A stretch of DNA of 64,000 bases. Source: Tannerellaceae bacterium. Lineage in GTDB: Bacteria > Bacteroidota > Bacteroidia > Bacteroidales > Tannerellaceae. The stretch lies in NCBI GenBank assembly GCA_031288175.1, contig JAITRW010000024.1, forward strand, positions 5,913 to 69,912, written 5' to 3'. A program made the translations under genes and the position numbers. Shown here piece by piece: positions 29,483 to 39,533 of this stretch. The notes beneath the pieces are model-generated. The model did no database searches and was not told the origin of the DNA. It saw only the letters and a program-made list of their open reading frames with translations. Within the stretch, counting starts at the first letter, position 1. Each line of letters begins with the position of its first letter.

Positions 29483-29514
29483 GGCAAATGTACGGAAAAT
29501 ACCGTACATTTGCC
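29483..29514. promoter_or_regulatory. perfect 13-bp inverted repeat (GGCAAATGTACGG-N6-CCGTACATTTGCC) carrying a TAcaTTTG -7 box on each strand
   Basis: Arms at 29483..29495 and 29502..29514 are exact reverse complements. TACATTTG reads on + at 29505..29512 and on - at 29485..29492, facing the KpsF-like gene and gyrB respectively. Confidence 0.55.
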
Positions 29515-29526
29515 TTAAAAGGGCAG

Positions 29527-30138
29527 ATGACACTACAAGACATAACCCATCTTCTGGAGCAAGAAGCTTGCGCTGTGCGTAATATACCCATTATACCGGC
29601 CTATGAAGAAGCTGTGAACCTTATCGTTTCCCACGTCCACGGTCGTGGAGGGACACTCATCACTAGCGGCATGGGGAAGGCCGGTCAAGTGGCGGTGAAC
29701 GTTTCTACCACATTCTCTTCCACGGGCACACCCTCTTACTTTCTCCATCCCAGCGAGGCTCAACATGGAGATCTCGGTATCCTACGTCCCAATGATGTAT
29801 TGCTGTTAATTTCCAATTCGGGAAAAACACGGGAACTGATAGAGTTACTTGCGTTGAGTCGAGGTATCGTTCCCAGCATACCGTCTATTGCCATCACATC
29901 CAACCCTGACAGTCCTATTGGCAGGGAGGCCACCTTCTGCCTTCCTACGGGCGCTCCTACGGAAGTCTGTCCGTTAGGGTTGACGCCAACCACGTCGACT
30001 ACCGTAATGATGGTGATCGGGGATATCCTGGTAGTAAATACAATGCACCGCATCGGTTTCTCCAACGACGACTATGCGCTCCGTCACCATGGCGGCTATC
30101 TTGGACAGAAAAGCCGGTCACACGGCGGTAACGGATAG
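29527..30138 (+). CDS. SIS-domain sugar-phosphate isomerase (KpsF/KdsD-like, without CBS domains)
   Basis: GMGKAGQVAVNVSTTFSSTGTPSYFLHPSEAQHGDLG and LLISNSGKTREL match KpsF/GutQ SIS motifs. Start chosen downstream of the promoter palindrome. Confidence 0.78.
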   Translation: MTLQDITHLLEQEACAVRNIPIIPAYEEAVNLIVSHVHGRGGTLITSGMGKAGQVAVNVSTTFSSTGTPSYFLHPSEAQHGDLGILRPNDVLLLISNSGKTRELIELLALSRGIVPSIPSIAITSNPDSPIGREATFCLPTGAPTEVCPLGLTPTTSTTVMMVIGDILVVNTMHRIGFSNDDYALRHHGGYLGQKSRSHGGNG

Positions 30139-30154
30139 GGAAGGACGAATAACG

Positions 30155-32038
30155 ATGGATTTCCGGTATGACGTTATTGTCGTAGGCGCCGGTCACGCCG
30201 GTTGCGAAGCTGCCTCGTCGGCTGCCAAACTCGGTTCCAAGACGCTACTGATTACGATGGACATGAATAAGATTGCCCAAATGAGTTGTAATCCTGCGGT
30301 GGGAGGGATTGCCAAAGGGCAAATCGTACGGGAGATCGATGCCTTAGGGGGTTATATGGGGCTTATCACGGACGAGACCGCTATACAATTTCGTATGCTC
30401 AACCGAAGCAAGGGTCCCGCCGTATGGAGTCCACGGGCCCAGAATGACAGGATGCGTTTCATGGAAGCTTGGCGCAGGAGGATAGAAAACGAGCCGAACC
30501 TATTTTTATGGCAAGACACTGTGACCTGCTTATTGATGGATCATAACGACCAAGCGGTGCGCGGCGTACAGACGAGACTTGGCGTGGAGTTCCGCGCAGG
30601 AGCAGTGATATTGACTACCGGGACTTTCCTGAACGGCTTAATCCATATAGGACGGACGTGCATCAACGGCGGGCGTCTTGCGGAACCTTCTTCCTGCGGA
30701 TTAACCGAACAACTCGCTACATTCGGTATACGGTCTGCCCGAATGAAGACGGGGACGCCCGTACGGATAGACGGCCGAAGCGTTCACTTTGAAGAGATGG
30801 AAGCACAGGCTGGGGAAAATGACTTTCATCGTTTTTCTTACCTGGATTCTTCTCAACGAACGCTCACTCAACGTAGCTGTTGGACGACGTTTACCAACGA
30901 ACAGACACATGACATTCTACGACAAGGATTACCTGAATCTCCTCTTTATAACGGACAGATTCAAAGTATAGGGCCCCGTTATTGTCCCAGCATAGAGACC
31001 AAAATCGTCACCTTTGCCGACCGTTCCCGTCATCAGCTTTTCCTTGAGCCCGAAGGGGAGAACTCCCAGGAGTATTATCTCAACGGATTTTCTTCCTCCT
31101 TACCCCTGCAAGTGCAGTTAGAAGCTTTAAAAACTATTCCGGCTTTTCGTCATCTACATATCTATCGTCCGGGGTATGCTATCGAATACGACTTCTTCGA
31201 TCCGACACAATTACGTCACACTCTCGCCGTCAAACAATTGCAGGGGCTTTTTTTCGCCGGACAAATCAATGGCACCACCGGCTATGAAGAGGCCGGAGGG
31301 CAGGGGATTATAGCAGGTATCAACGCTCATATACATTGTCACGGAGGGGCGCCCTTTGTGCTGGGGAGAGAGGAGGCTTACATCGGTGTACTAATTGACG
31401 ATCTTGTGACCAAAGGCGTAGATGAGCCTTACCGGATGTTTACCTCCCGTGCCGAGTACCGTATTTTGCTTCGTCAGGACGATGCGGACATGCGTCTCAC
31501 CGAACGTTCCTATACACTTGGGCTTGCCGACGCCTCTCGTTTCCGCCAATTACAAGAAAAACGAACTGCCCGTGACAGCCTTATTACTTTTATACAGCAG
31601 ACTACCATAAAGCCGCAAGAGATAAACTCCTTTCTTGAACACATGGAGAGCGCTCCAATCCCTCATGGCTGTAAACTTGCGGATTTAATTCTCCGTCCCC
31701 AACTCAACTTACTTTCCCTTGGGGGCGTTCTTCCTTTTTTACGGGCGGAGATAGAGAAACTTCCGGCTACGCATCGGGACGAGATTGTTGAAGCGGCCGA
31801 GATACAGCTGAAATATGAAGGTTACATTAAGAGGGAGCGTATTATGGTCGACAAGATTTCCCGATTAGAACACATTCGTATACGGGGCAAATTTGATTAT
31901 TCCACTATTCTATCCCTATCCACTGAGGCCCGACAGAAATTAACAAAGATAGATCCCGAGACGCTCGCTCAGGCAAGTCGAATACCGGGCGTTTCGCCAA
32001 GCGACATCAACATCTTGCTTGTTCTATTCGGGCGGTAA
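30155..32038 (+). CDS. mnmG: tRNA uridine 5-carboxymethylaminomethyl modification enzyme MnmG (GidA)
   Basis: Start at [20 protein letters not shown]. Also [24 protein letters not shown] and GPRYCPSIE. Confidence 0.95.
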   Translation: MDFRYDVIVVGAGHAGCEAASSAAKLGSKTLLITMDMNKIAQMSCNPAVGGIAKGQIVREIDALGGYMGLITDETAIQFRMLNRSKGPAVWSPRAQNDRMRFMEAWRRRIENEPNLFLWQDTVTCLLMDHNDQAVRGVQTRLGVEFRAGAVILTTGTFLNGLIHIGRTCINGGRLAEPSSCGLTEQLATFGIRSARMKTGTPVRIDGRSVHFEEMEAQAGENDFHRFSYLDSSQRTLTQRSCWTTFTNEQTHDILRQGLPESPLYNGQIQSIGPRYCPSIETKIVTFADRSRHQLFLEPEGENSQEYYLNGFSSSLPLQVQLEALKTIPAFRHLHIYRPGYAIEYDFFDPTQLRHTLAVKQLQGLFFAGQINGTTGYEEAGGQGIIAGINAHIHCHGGAPFVLGREEAYIGVLIDDLVTKGVDEPYRMFTSRAEYRILLRQDDADMRLTERSYTLGLADASRFRQLQEKRTARDSLITFIQQTTIKPQEINSFLEHMESAPIPHGCKLADLILRPQLNLLSLGGVLPFLRAEIEKLPATHRDEIVEAAEIQLKYEGYIKRERIMVDKISRLEHIRIRGKFDYSTILSLSTEARQKLTKIDPETLAQASRIPGVSPSDINILLVLFGR

Positions 32039-32048
32039 GGTGGCAATA

Positions 32049-32064
32049 TGTTCCACGTGGAACA
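32049..32064. other. parS (ParB-binding centromere-like site) TGTTCCACGTGGAACA
   Basis: Perfect 16-bp palindrome. Each half equals the TGTTCCAC half of the B. subtilis parS TGTTCCACGTGAAACA. An identical copy lies at 34408..34423. Confidence 0.75.
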
Positions 32065-32079
32065 ATTTTAAAAAGAGAT

Positions 32080-32874
32080 ATGAGGCAGTATTTAGATTTA
32101 ATCAAGCACGTAGTAGACCACGGGGTAGAGAAAGAGGATCGTACGGGAACGGGAACGAAAAGTATTTTCGGTTATCAAATGCGTTTTCCGCTTGAGGAGG
32201 GTTTTCCGTTACTCACTACCAAGAAGCTCCATTTAAAATCTGTCCTATACGAATTACTTTGGTTTCTACGGGGCGAAACCAATATACGGTATTTGCGAGA
32301 AAACGGCGTACGCATCTGGAACGAATGGGCTGACGAGGAAGGTAATCTTGGTCCGATCTATGGTTATCAATGGCGATCCTGGCCTGATTATTCAGGGGGG
32401 CACATTGATCAGTTAACGGAGGTTATTGAAATGATCAGGCACAATCCGGATTCTCGTCGAATTATCGTCAGCGCATGGAATGTAGGATCTTTGAAAGAGA
32501 TGAGGTTACCTCCTTGTCATCTTCTTTTCCATTTCTATGTAGCAAAAGGGCGTCTTAGTTTACAGTTATACCAACGAAGTGCGGATATTTTTCTTGGCGT
32601 TCCTTTTAATATAGCTTCATACGCTCTGCTTTTGCTTATGGTAGCGCAGGTAACGGGACTTCGGGCCGGTGATTTTGTACATACACTGGGAGATGCTCAT
32701 ATCTATAACAACCATCTGGAGCAAATCCGTTTACAACTATCCCGTGAACCCCGTCCGCTACCATGCATGAAGATCAATCCTGAAATAAAAGATATATTTT
32801 CTTTTCGCTATGAGGATTTTTGTTTAACCGATTATGACCCTCATTCTCACATCAAAGGAGAAGTATCTATCTAA
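32080..32874 (+). CDS. thyA: thymidylate synthase
   Basis: 264 aa. DRTGTGT, the LPPCH catalytic Cys motif, [21 protein letters not shown]. Confidence 0.96.
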   Translation: MRQYLDLIKHVVDHGVEKEDRTGTGTKSIFGYQMRFPLEEGFPLLTTKKLHLKSVLYELLWFLRGETNIRYLRENGVRIWNEWADEEGNLGPIYGYQWRSWPDYSGGHIDQLTEVIEMIRHNPDSRRIIVSAWNVGSLKEMRLPPCHLLFHFYVAKGRLSLQLYQRSADIFLGVPFNIASYALLLLMVAQVTGLRAGDFVHTLGDAHIYNNHLEQIRLQLSREPRPLPCMKINPEIKDIFSFRYEDFCLTDYDPHSHIKGEVSI

Positions 32875-32877
32875 CTA

Positions 32878-34344
32878 TCAATGGTTTTCGTTTCTTTTGT
32901 AGAGGGTAATGAAGACGGGCGTCTTTTCGAAATGCTTGATCGGTATCCATAAATTCCTGTTTTTAAATTCGTCTACTTCTTCGTCCGAAACAGCAATATT
33001 GGAATAGAGAAAGTATTTAGCATTTTCCACGTTTGTTCCTACTACTTTGCCTTCATTCTTCAACTCCACAAAGCCTCTATTCCCGTAGAGACACCAATTC
33101 GCCGCCAATTCGTTATAGTCAAATTGATTGCTGTCAATGTATTCAAAACATTCTTTTCTCACCGTGTAATAGGGGATATGGAGAAGTGTACATTCCCAGG
33201 ATTGAGATATTTTTTCGGGATAAATCCAAAAATGACCGGTAAGGGTAAAAAAGAGAATGATCCAACAAGTGGTTTTTATTTTCCTATCCTTCCAGCGGTT
33301 GATCAACAACTTCAAAGTCAACAAGGAAAGTATCAAAAAATGCAGCATGAAGTAACGTGGGTTAAAGGGCATCCTCGTAATGAAGACAAAGAGGAGAAAT
33401 AATCCGGTCATTAAGAAGAAAAAGAGGCCAAGTGTTTTTTCTTCTTCCGACAAGCTCCATTTTTTCTTCAGTATAGCTATGAGCAAGCAGAGAGCTATGA
33501 GACTTATCAGGAATCGGCCGTTTTCCACAAAACGAAACGCAAATTCCGCAAAATGCTTCATGATCATTGAGACATCTTCGGGGAGAGAGTAATGTTCAGA
33601 ATAATTTGAAGCTCCCTCCTCGGAAAAGAACCAGGCATTGTGGGAAAAATAATACAGGAAATAGGCTAACAACAATAAAAATACGGGTATGTAAGGTAAG
33701 AGTAAGCGCAGAAATTTTTTCAGGTCATATTTTTGTCTGTGATTCGTCACTTTTAGATCGAAATAGATATGTGAAAAAAACAGCATAAAACCGGTAAAAA
33801 CACCTCGCATATTCGTGCTACAAAGAAAAATCAAACTAATCGCAAGCCATACGGGTTTTCGTTGAAAAACAGCTCTTAGCGCAATGACGGAGGCTGTCAA
33901 CAACACAATATCGGGCGAGGCCATCACCACTTGTGTCAGAATCGTTGATTCCAACAAGAGTATTAGGAAGACCCAACCTGTCCATTTTTGAGGGATGAAG
34001 AAGGCCACCATTTTCCAAGAATGGTAAATCAGTAAAAGAGACCATAAGAAGGTAAAGGCATGTGAAACCCATAATTCATAGCCAAAAATTTTCCACAGAA
34101 AGGCAGTTGTCAAAGGGATCAGTGGCGGATGATAGCCCGTAGGGGTGATCTCCAAACCAGGTAAAGGATGAATTAATAGGGAGGCGAAATTCGTCCGATA
34201 GAACCAGTTTGCTTCTTTTGAGACCTGCTGTATAGTATCCCAGAAATAACAAAAGTCACAGGAAGAAATAAACAAGAAGAAATAAATTGCAAGCAGAAAT
34301 ATAGGAGGTGAGAGAAGGGCTTTTTTTAGATTTTTGTATGACAT
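32878..34344 (-). CDS. polytopic membrane protein, possible GT-C-fold glycosyltransferase (ArnT/PMT-like)
   Basis: 488 aa with about 10 or more hydrophobic helices followed by a soluble C-terminal domain. AT-rich relative to its neighbours. The family call is tentative. Confidence 0.5.
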   Translation of the reverse strand: MSYKNLKKALLSPPIFLLAIYFFLFISSCDFCYFWDTIQQVSKEANWFYRTNFASLLIHPLPGLEITPTGYHPPLIPLTTAFLWKIFGYELWVSHAFTFLWSLLLIYHSWKMVAFFIPQKWTGWVFLILLLESTILTQVVMASPDIVLLTASVIALRAVFQRKPVWLAISLIFLCSTNMRGVFTGFMLFFSHIYFDLKVTNHRQKYDLKKFLRLLLPYIPVFLLLLAYFLYYFSHNAWFFSEEGASNYSEHYSLPEDVSMIMKHFAEFAFRFVENGRFLISLIALCLLIAILKKKWSLSEEEKTLGLFFFLMTGLFLLFVFITRMPFNPRYFMLHFLILSLLTLKLLINRWKDRKIKTTCWIILFFTLTGHFWIYPEKISQSWECTLLHIPYYTVRKECFEYIDSNQFDYNELAANWCLYGNRGFVELKNEGKVVGTNVENAKYFLYSNIAVSDEEVDEFKNRNLWIPIKHFEKTPVFITLYKRNENH

Positions 34345-34407
34345 AGAACAGGTAATCTTTCGTTTGAATCTATTCGAGCAAGAAGAATTTGAGAGGGAAG
34401 GTGATGT

Positions 34408-34423
34408 TGTTCCACGTGGAACA
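34408..34423. other. parS TGTTCCACGTGGAACA (second identical copy)
   Basis: Same perfect 16-mer as at 32049..32064, also intergenic. Confidence 0.75.
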
Positions 34424-34455
34424 AGTGTTTTATTTCATTTTTCAATTTACGACGA

Positions 34456-35277
34456 CTATCCTTTAGCTTGATAAAGTGTCAAACTGGGGAATGCGAATGA
34501 AATACCTGCTTCATTGTAACCTTCGTATAAGGCACGGTTCATATCATAACTCACCTCCAAGTAATCTTTCTGCTTCACCCATGCGCGTACCAAAACATTG
34601 ACACTACTATCTCCCATGCCGTTAATTCTAACTTGTGGCAACGGCGTTTGCAACAATCTTTGTTCCGTTGCAAGTATCTTCTTGGTCACTTCTTCTACTT
34701 TTTTAAAATCGGTTCCGTATTCTACTCCCACGATCCAGTCTATTCGCCGGTTTATTCCAGTATAATTCGTTACCGCACCATTACTCAATTGACCATTAGG
34801 AATATAGAGCACACGGCTGTCCGTTAAGACCAATACGGTATGAAATATCTGTATTTCTCTTACCGTTCCCTCTTTACCCAGTACTTCAATATAATCTCCC
34901 ACTCGATAAGGACGAAAGAGTAAGACAATTAATCCACCCGCAAAGTTGGACAGATTACCGCTCAATGCCATACCTACCGCCACCCCCACTGAGGCTACCA
35001 GGGCTGCCAAAGAAGTTGTTTGTATGCCCAGCGCTCCTATTACGGCGATAATCAACATCACCGTCAGGGTAATATTCACCAAACTAAGGACAAAAGAGCG
35101 TACCGAAGGGTCTATATCTCTCTTATCCATAACTTTCTTCACTATCTTACGGATAAAGCCGATAGCAAAGCGCCCGACGGCGAGCACCAATAAAGCCTGA
35201 AGTATCGACAGTCCTAATGAAATACCTTCACCGGACAACCTTTCCAGGATTTTCTCCAAATTGAGCCACTGTTCCAT
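34456..35277 (-). CDS. small-conductance mechanosensitive channel (MscS family)
   Basis: Start at MEQWLNL. Pore helix region GIQTTSLAALVASVGVAVGMALSGNLSNFAGG and FRPYRVGDYIE. Confidence 0.88.
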   Translation of the reverse strand: MEQWLNLEKILERLSGEGISLGLSILQALLVLAVGRFAIGFIRKIVKKVMDKRDIDPSVRSFVLSLVNITLTVMLIIAVIGALGIQTTSLAALVASVGVAVGMALSGNLSNFAGGLIVLLFRPYRVGDYIEVLGKEGTVREIQIFHTVLVLTDSRVLYIPNGQLSNGAVTNYTGINRRIDWIVGVEYGTDFKKVEEVTKKILATEQRLLQTPLPQVRINGMGDSSVNVLVRAWVKQKDYLEVSYDMNRALYEGYNEAGISFAFPSLTLYQAKG

Positions 35278-35281
35278 TTTT

Positions 35282-36286
35282 CTATTTATTCTCCAAGTAC
35301 AAAGGTAATGGCTGAGGTGAAATCTTATCCATGATGTCAAACAATTGTGTAACGGTTTCAGCGCGTAGCAAGGCTACACGTGTAGGCTTGAAATCCGGAA
35401 TGCCTTTGAACAAGGGCGTCGCCGCCAAATGCCGACGGATATGAAGAATACCTCGTCGCTCATCCAAGCGTGCTACGCTATGAATAACTTGCTCTTTCAA
35501 AATTGACAAATAGTAGGCAAAACTTTCCGGCGGAAGTTTCTTTCCTGTGGCAAGGAAATATTTGATTTCCTGAAAAATCCAAGGCCGTCCTAAACTGCCG
35601 CGTCCAATCATCACGGCATCTACGCCGTAACGATCGAAACAATCCCTGCAATTTTCCGCCGTTGTTACATCACCATTTCCGATAATCGGTATACGCATAC
35701 GGGGATTGTTTTTCACCACTCCAATCAAAGTCCAGTCTGCCAAGCCGGTATACATCTGCGCCCGCGTCCGCCCATGAATGGTCAAAGCAGCAATACCGCA
35801 GTCTTGCAAGCGTTCCGCCAATTCGACAATGATCTTGTTCTCTGCATCCCATCCGATACGGGTCTTGACCGTCACCGGTATTTTTAACGCACGCACTATT
35901 TTTTCTGTTATCTTCAACATCTGCGGTACATTACGTAACATCCCTGCTCCCGCACCTTTCCCCGCTACCCTTTTTACCGGACAGCCAAAGTTTATATCCA
36001 ACACATCCGGTTGTGCCTCCTCACAGAGCTGTGCTGCTTCTACCATTGTATCTACTTCTTTTCCATACAATTGAATGGCTACGGGTCGTTCCTCGTTCGC
36101 TACCTTGAGTTTTTGTTTCGTTTTATCCACCGACCTCACCAAGGCGTCACTTGATACAAACTCCGTATATACCATATCCGCCCCAAACCGCTTACACATT
36201 AAGCGAAAAGAGATGTCCGTCACATCTTCCATCGGCGCCAATAACACAGGCTTGTCTCCTAAGTCTACGGTCCCGATTTTCATCAT
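35282..36286 (-). CDS. tRNA-dihydrouridine synthase
   Basis: LAPMEDVTD, DINFGCP, HGRTR Dus family motifs. Confidence 0.9.
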   Translation of the reverse strand: MMKIGTVDLGDKPVLLAPMEDVTDISFRLMCKRFGADMVYTEFVSSDALVRSVDKTKQKLKVANEERPVAIQLYGKEVDTMVEAAQLCEEAQPDVLDINFGCPVKRVAGKGAGAGMLRNVPQMLKITEKIVRALKIPVTVKTRIGWDAENKIIVELAERLQDCGIAALTIHGRTRAQMYTGLADWTLIGVVKNNPRMRIPIIGNGDVTTAENCRDCFDRYGVDAVMIGRGSLGRPWIFQEIKYFLATGKKLPPESFAYYLSILKEQVIHSVARLDERRGILHIRRHLAATPLFKGIPDFKPTRVALLRAETVTQLFDIMDKISPQPLPLYLENK

Positions 36287-36400
36287 TTCTTTCTCTTTTT
36301 CCTATTCACGAAGAAGCGAAACTACTCTTTTAGGAGAAAGCCAGGAAAAAACAAGCCCCTTTTATTATAAGGAAAGATGTATCTTGCCGTCTCTTGAAAA

Positions 36401-37324
36401 ATGAAAAAAGCTAAATGGGATTTGATTACCGTAGTAGGACCTACCGCATCGGGAAAGACGGAGTTGGCGGTAGCCATAGCCGATCATATAGGCTCGGAAT
36501 TAATCAGTGCGGATTCACGGCAAGTCTACCGACGAATGGATATCGGAACAGGGAAAGATCTATCGGCCTATCAAATAAATGATAGGCAAGTTAGCTATCA
36601 TTTAATCGATATCTGTGAGCCCGGAGAAAAATACAATGTTTTTGAATATCAGCAAGATTTTTTCCACGTATATGAAAAACTTCGGACAGAAGGTAAAATT
36701 CCCGTGCTATGTGGAGGGACGGGGATGTACGTCGAAGCCGTCCTTCGGGGTTATCAGCTCTGGGAAGTTCCAAAAAATCCGGAACTCCGCCGTTCGTTGG
36801 AGGGCAAAAGCCTGACTGAATTGAGTTATTTGCTTTCCAAATACAAAAACTTGCATAATACAACCGATGTAGACACTGCACGTCGAGCAATACGTGCCAT
36901 CGAAATTGAAGAATACTATCATCGTGCAACGCCAGCGCGTAGAAATTACACAGCTCCCCGAAGCCTTGTTCTCGGATTACATGTTGAACGAGAAGCACGT
37001 CGTCAAGCTATTTCCCGTCGCTTACATTCTCGTCTCAATGAGGGAATGCTTGCGGAGGTTCGCCGTCTCCTTGACGAGGGATTATCAGCTAATGCCCTCA
37101 TTTACTATGGGTTAGAATATAAATACCTAACACTTCATCTTATTGGTATGGTTTCTTACGACACAATGGTACAGCAACTGGAAATAGCCATACATCAGTT
37201 TGCAAAGCGACAAATGACCTGGTTCAGAGGGATGGAACGCCGCGGAATACCTATCCGTTGGATAGACGCCTCTCTTCCTTTGCCGGAAAAGCTGTCCATT
37301 GCACTGAATGAAGCAGGGAGATAG
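36401..37324 (+). CDS. miaA: tRNA dimethylallyltransferase
   Basis: GPTASGKT P-loop, SADSRQVYR.MDIGTGK. Confidence 0.93.
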   Translation: MKKAKWDLITVVGPTASGKTELAVAIADHIGSELISADSRQVYRRMDIGTGKDLSAYQINDRQVSYHLIDICEPGEKYNVFEYQQDFFHVYEKLRTEGKIPVLCGGTGMYVEAVLRGYQLWEVPKNPELRRSLEGKSLTELSYLLSKYKNLHNTTDVDTARRAIRAIEIEEYYHRATPARRNYTAPRSLVLGLHVEREARRQAISRRLHSRLNEGMLAEVRRLLDEGLSANALIYYGLEYKYLTLHLIGMVSYDTMVQQLEIAIHQFAKRQMTWFRGMERRGIPIRWIDASLPLPEKLSIALNEAGR

Positions 37325-37343
37325 TTCCAAAACTGTTTTTAGC

Positions 37344-37351
37344 TACCTTTG
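37344..37351 (+). promoter_or_regulatory. -7 promoter box TAccTTTG only 8 nt before the nth ATG
   Basis: Consensus match. The spacing implies a leaderless or near-leaderless nth mRNA. Confidence 0.5.
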
Positions 37352-37359
37352 CAACCCCG

Positions 37360-38001
37360 ATGACAAGAGAAGAAAGGTATATTGGTGTGTTAAATTGGTT
37401 TGAGAAGAACGTGCCGGTGGCAGAATCTGAACTCCGGTATACGAATGCATTCCAATTTCTTATTGCAGTTATGCTGTCGGCACAATGTACCGATAAACGG
37501 GTCAATATGGTTACGCCTGCCCTTTTTGCCGCTTTTCCGACGCCACACACGCTTGGATCAGTTTCTCCCGAAGAAGTCTACCCCTATATCCGCTCCATCT
37601 CTTATCCTAACAGCAAGGCCGAACATTTGGTCGGGATGGCACGAATGTTGGAGAGAGATTTCGACGGTCAGGTACCGTCCGATGTAGAAACTTTACAACG
37701 CTTACCCGGCGTGGGACGCAAAACGGCAAACGTGGTGGCCGGTGTTATTTATAACGTTCCGACAATGCCGGTAGATACGCACGTTTTTCGGGTATCTAAC
37801 CGCATCGGGCTTACCGCCAACAGTAAAACGCCTTTGGAAACCGAACGCGAACTCGTCAAATTTATTCCTTCCCAACTGTTGACTAAAGCACATCATTGGC
37901 TCATCCTGCACGGTCGTTACACCTGCCTTGCTCGACGTCCCCATTGTGAACATTGTGGAATATGTACTTGGTGTAACTACTTTATTCCATTCCCGACATA
38001 A
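37360..38001 (+). CDS. nth: endonuclease III
   Basis: [24 protein letters not shown] (HhH-GPD), C-terminal Cys cluster [15 protein letters not shown]. Confidence 0.93.
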   Translation: MTREERYIGVLNWFEKNVPVAESELRYTNAFQFLIAVMLSAQCTDKRVNMVTPALFAAFPTPHTLGSVSPEEVYPYIRSISYPNSKAEHLVGMARMLERDFDGQVPSDVETLQRLPGVGRKTANVVAGVIYNVPTMPVDTHVFRVSNRIGLTANSKTPLETERELVKFIPSQLLTKAHHWLILHGRYTCLARRPHCEHCGICTWCNYFIPFPT

Positions 38002-38024
38002 AAACCCTTTTACGTACACATAAA

Positions 38025-39521
38025 ATGGATAAATTAATTATTTTCGACACGACATTACGAGATGGGGAACAAGTGCCTGGCTGTCAATTAAACACGGTAG
38101 AAAAAATTGAAATAGCTAAGGCTCTCGAAAGCTTGGGTGTGGATATTATTGAAGCGGGGTTTCCTGTTTCCAGTCCGGGAGACTTCAATAGCGTAGTAGA
38201 AATATCCAAAGCTGTTACATGGCCTGTCATTTGTGCGCTTACCCGCGCAGTAGAGCATGATATAGACGTTGCCGCCGAAGCTCTCAAATATGCCAAACGG
38301 GGGCGTATTCATACCGGTATAGGAACATCCGAATACCACATTCGGCACAAGTTTAATTCCAATCAGGAGGAGATTCTTCAACGTGCCGTTGCGGCCGTCA
38401 AACATGCAAAAAAATATGTCGAAGATGTCGAATTTTATTGCGAAGATGCCGGAAGGACGGAAAATGAATACCTCGTGCGTATGGTAGAAGCCGTCATCAA
38501 AGCCGGGGCGACGACCGTCAATATTCCCGATACGACCGGTTACTGCCTTCCTGACGAATATGGCGAAAAAATTCGTTTTCTCAAAGAACATGTAGCAAAT
38601 GTAGAACATGCCATCCTGTCCACCCATTGTCACAATGACTTAGGGATGGCAACCGCAAACACCGTACAAGGAGTTCTCAACGGCGCCCGTCAGGTGGAAG
38701 TAACTATCAACGGCATCGGGGAACGTGCCGGCAACACTGCGCTCGAAGAAATTGCCATGATCTTTCGCAGTCATCGCGAAAAAAATATTTCAACCAATAT
38801 TAATACAACGAAAATATATGGCATCAGTCGCATGGTATCGGCTTTGATGAATATGCCTGTGCAACCTAATAAAGCCATTGTCGGCCGTAATGCCTTTGCT
38901 CATTCATCAGGTATTCATCAAGATGGGATTTTAAAGAATCGCGAAAGTTATGAAATTATAGATCCAAGGGAAATTGGTATTGACGACAACGCCATTGTCC
39001 TTACGGCGCGTAGTGGTCGAGCGGCGCTTAAACATAGACTCTCCGTACTGGGTATTCAAGCCGACCAGGAAAAATTAGACAAAGTCTACGCCCAATTCCT
39101 CAAACTTGCTGACAGCAAGAAGAATATCAGCGATGATGACATCCTTATGTTGGTCGGGAAAGATCGGACAGAAACCCATTGTATTAAATTAGATTACTTA
39201 CAAGTAGTCAGCGGTTTCGGAGTTCAACCGGTAGCAAGCATCTGTCTAAACCTTTCTGGAGTGAAGCGATATGAAACGGCGGCCGGAAACGGCCCTGTCG
39301 ATGCCGCTATCAAGGCCGTAAAAAAAGCTATCAGTAATAGCGACATGACTATCCAGGAGTTTCTAATTCAAGCTATTAATAAAGGGAGCGATGATACCGG
39401 TAAAGTACACATTCAGGTAGAATATCAAGGGAATATTTTCTACGGTTTTTCTGCAAATACCGACATCGTAGCGGCAGCTACAGAAGCTTTTATTGACGCT
39501 ATCAACAAGTTTATTTGCTAA
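38025..39521 (+). CDS. leuA: 2-isopropylmalate synthase
   Basis: [32 protein letters not shown], and a C-terminal LeuA dimerisation/regulatory domain. Confidence 0.92.
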   Translation: MDKLIIFDTTLRDGEQVPGCQLNTVEKIEIAKALESLGVDIIEAGFPVSSPGDFNSVVEISKAVTWPVICALTRAVEHDIDVAAEALKYAKRGRIHTGIGTSEYHIRHKFNSNQEEILQRAVAAVKHAKKYVEDVEFYCEDAGRTENEYLVRMVEAVIKAGATTVNIPDTTGYCLPDEYGEKIRFLKEHVANVEHAILSTHCHNDLGMATANTVQGVLNGARQVEVTINGIGERAGNTALEEIAMIFRSHREKNISTNINTTKIYGISRMVSALMNMPVQPNKAIVGRNAFAHSSGIHQDGILKNRESYEIIDPREIGIDDNAIVLTARSGRAALKHRLSVLGIQADQEKLDKVYAQFLKLADSKKNISDDDILMLVGKDRTETHCIKLDYLQVVSGFGVQPVASICLNLSGVKRYETAAGNGPVDAAIKAVKKAISNSDMTIQEFLIQAINKGSDDTGKVHIQVEYQGNIFYGFSANTDIVAAATEAFIDAINKFIC

Positions 39522-39533
39522 CATCCACTTTCC

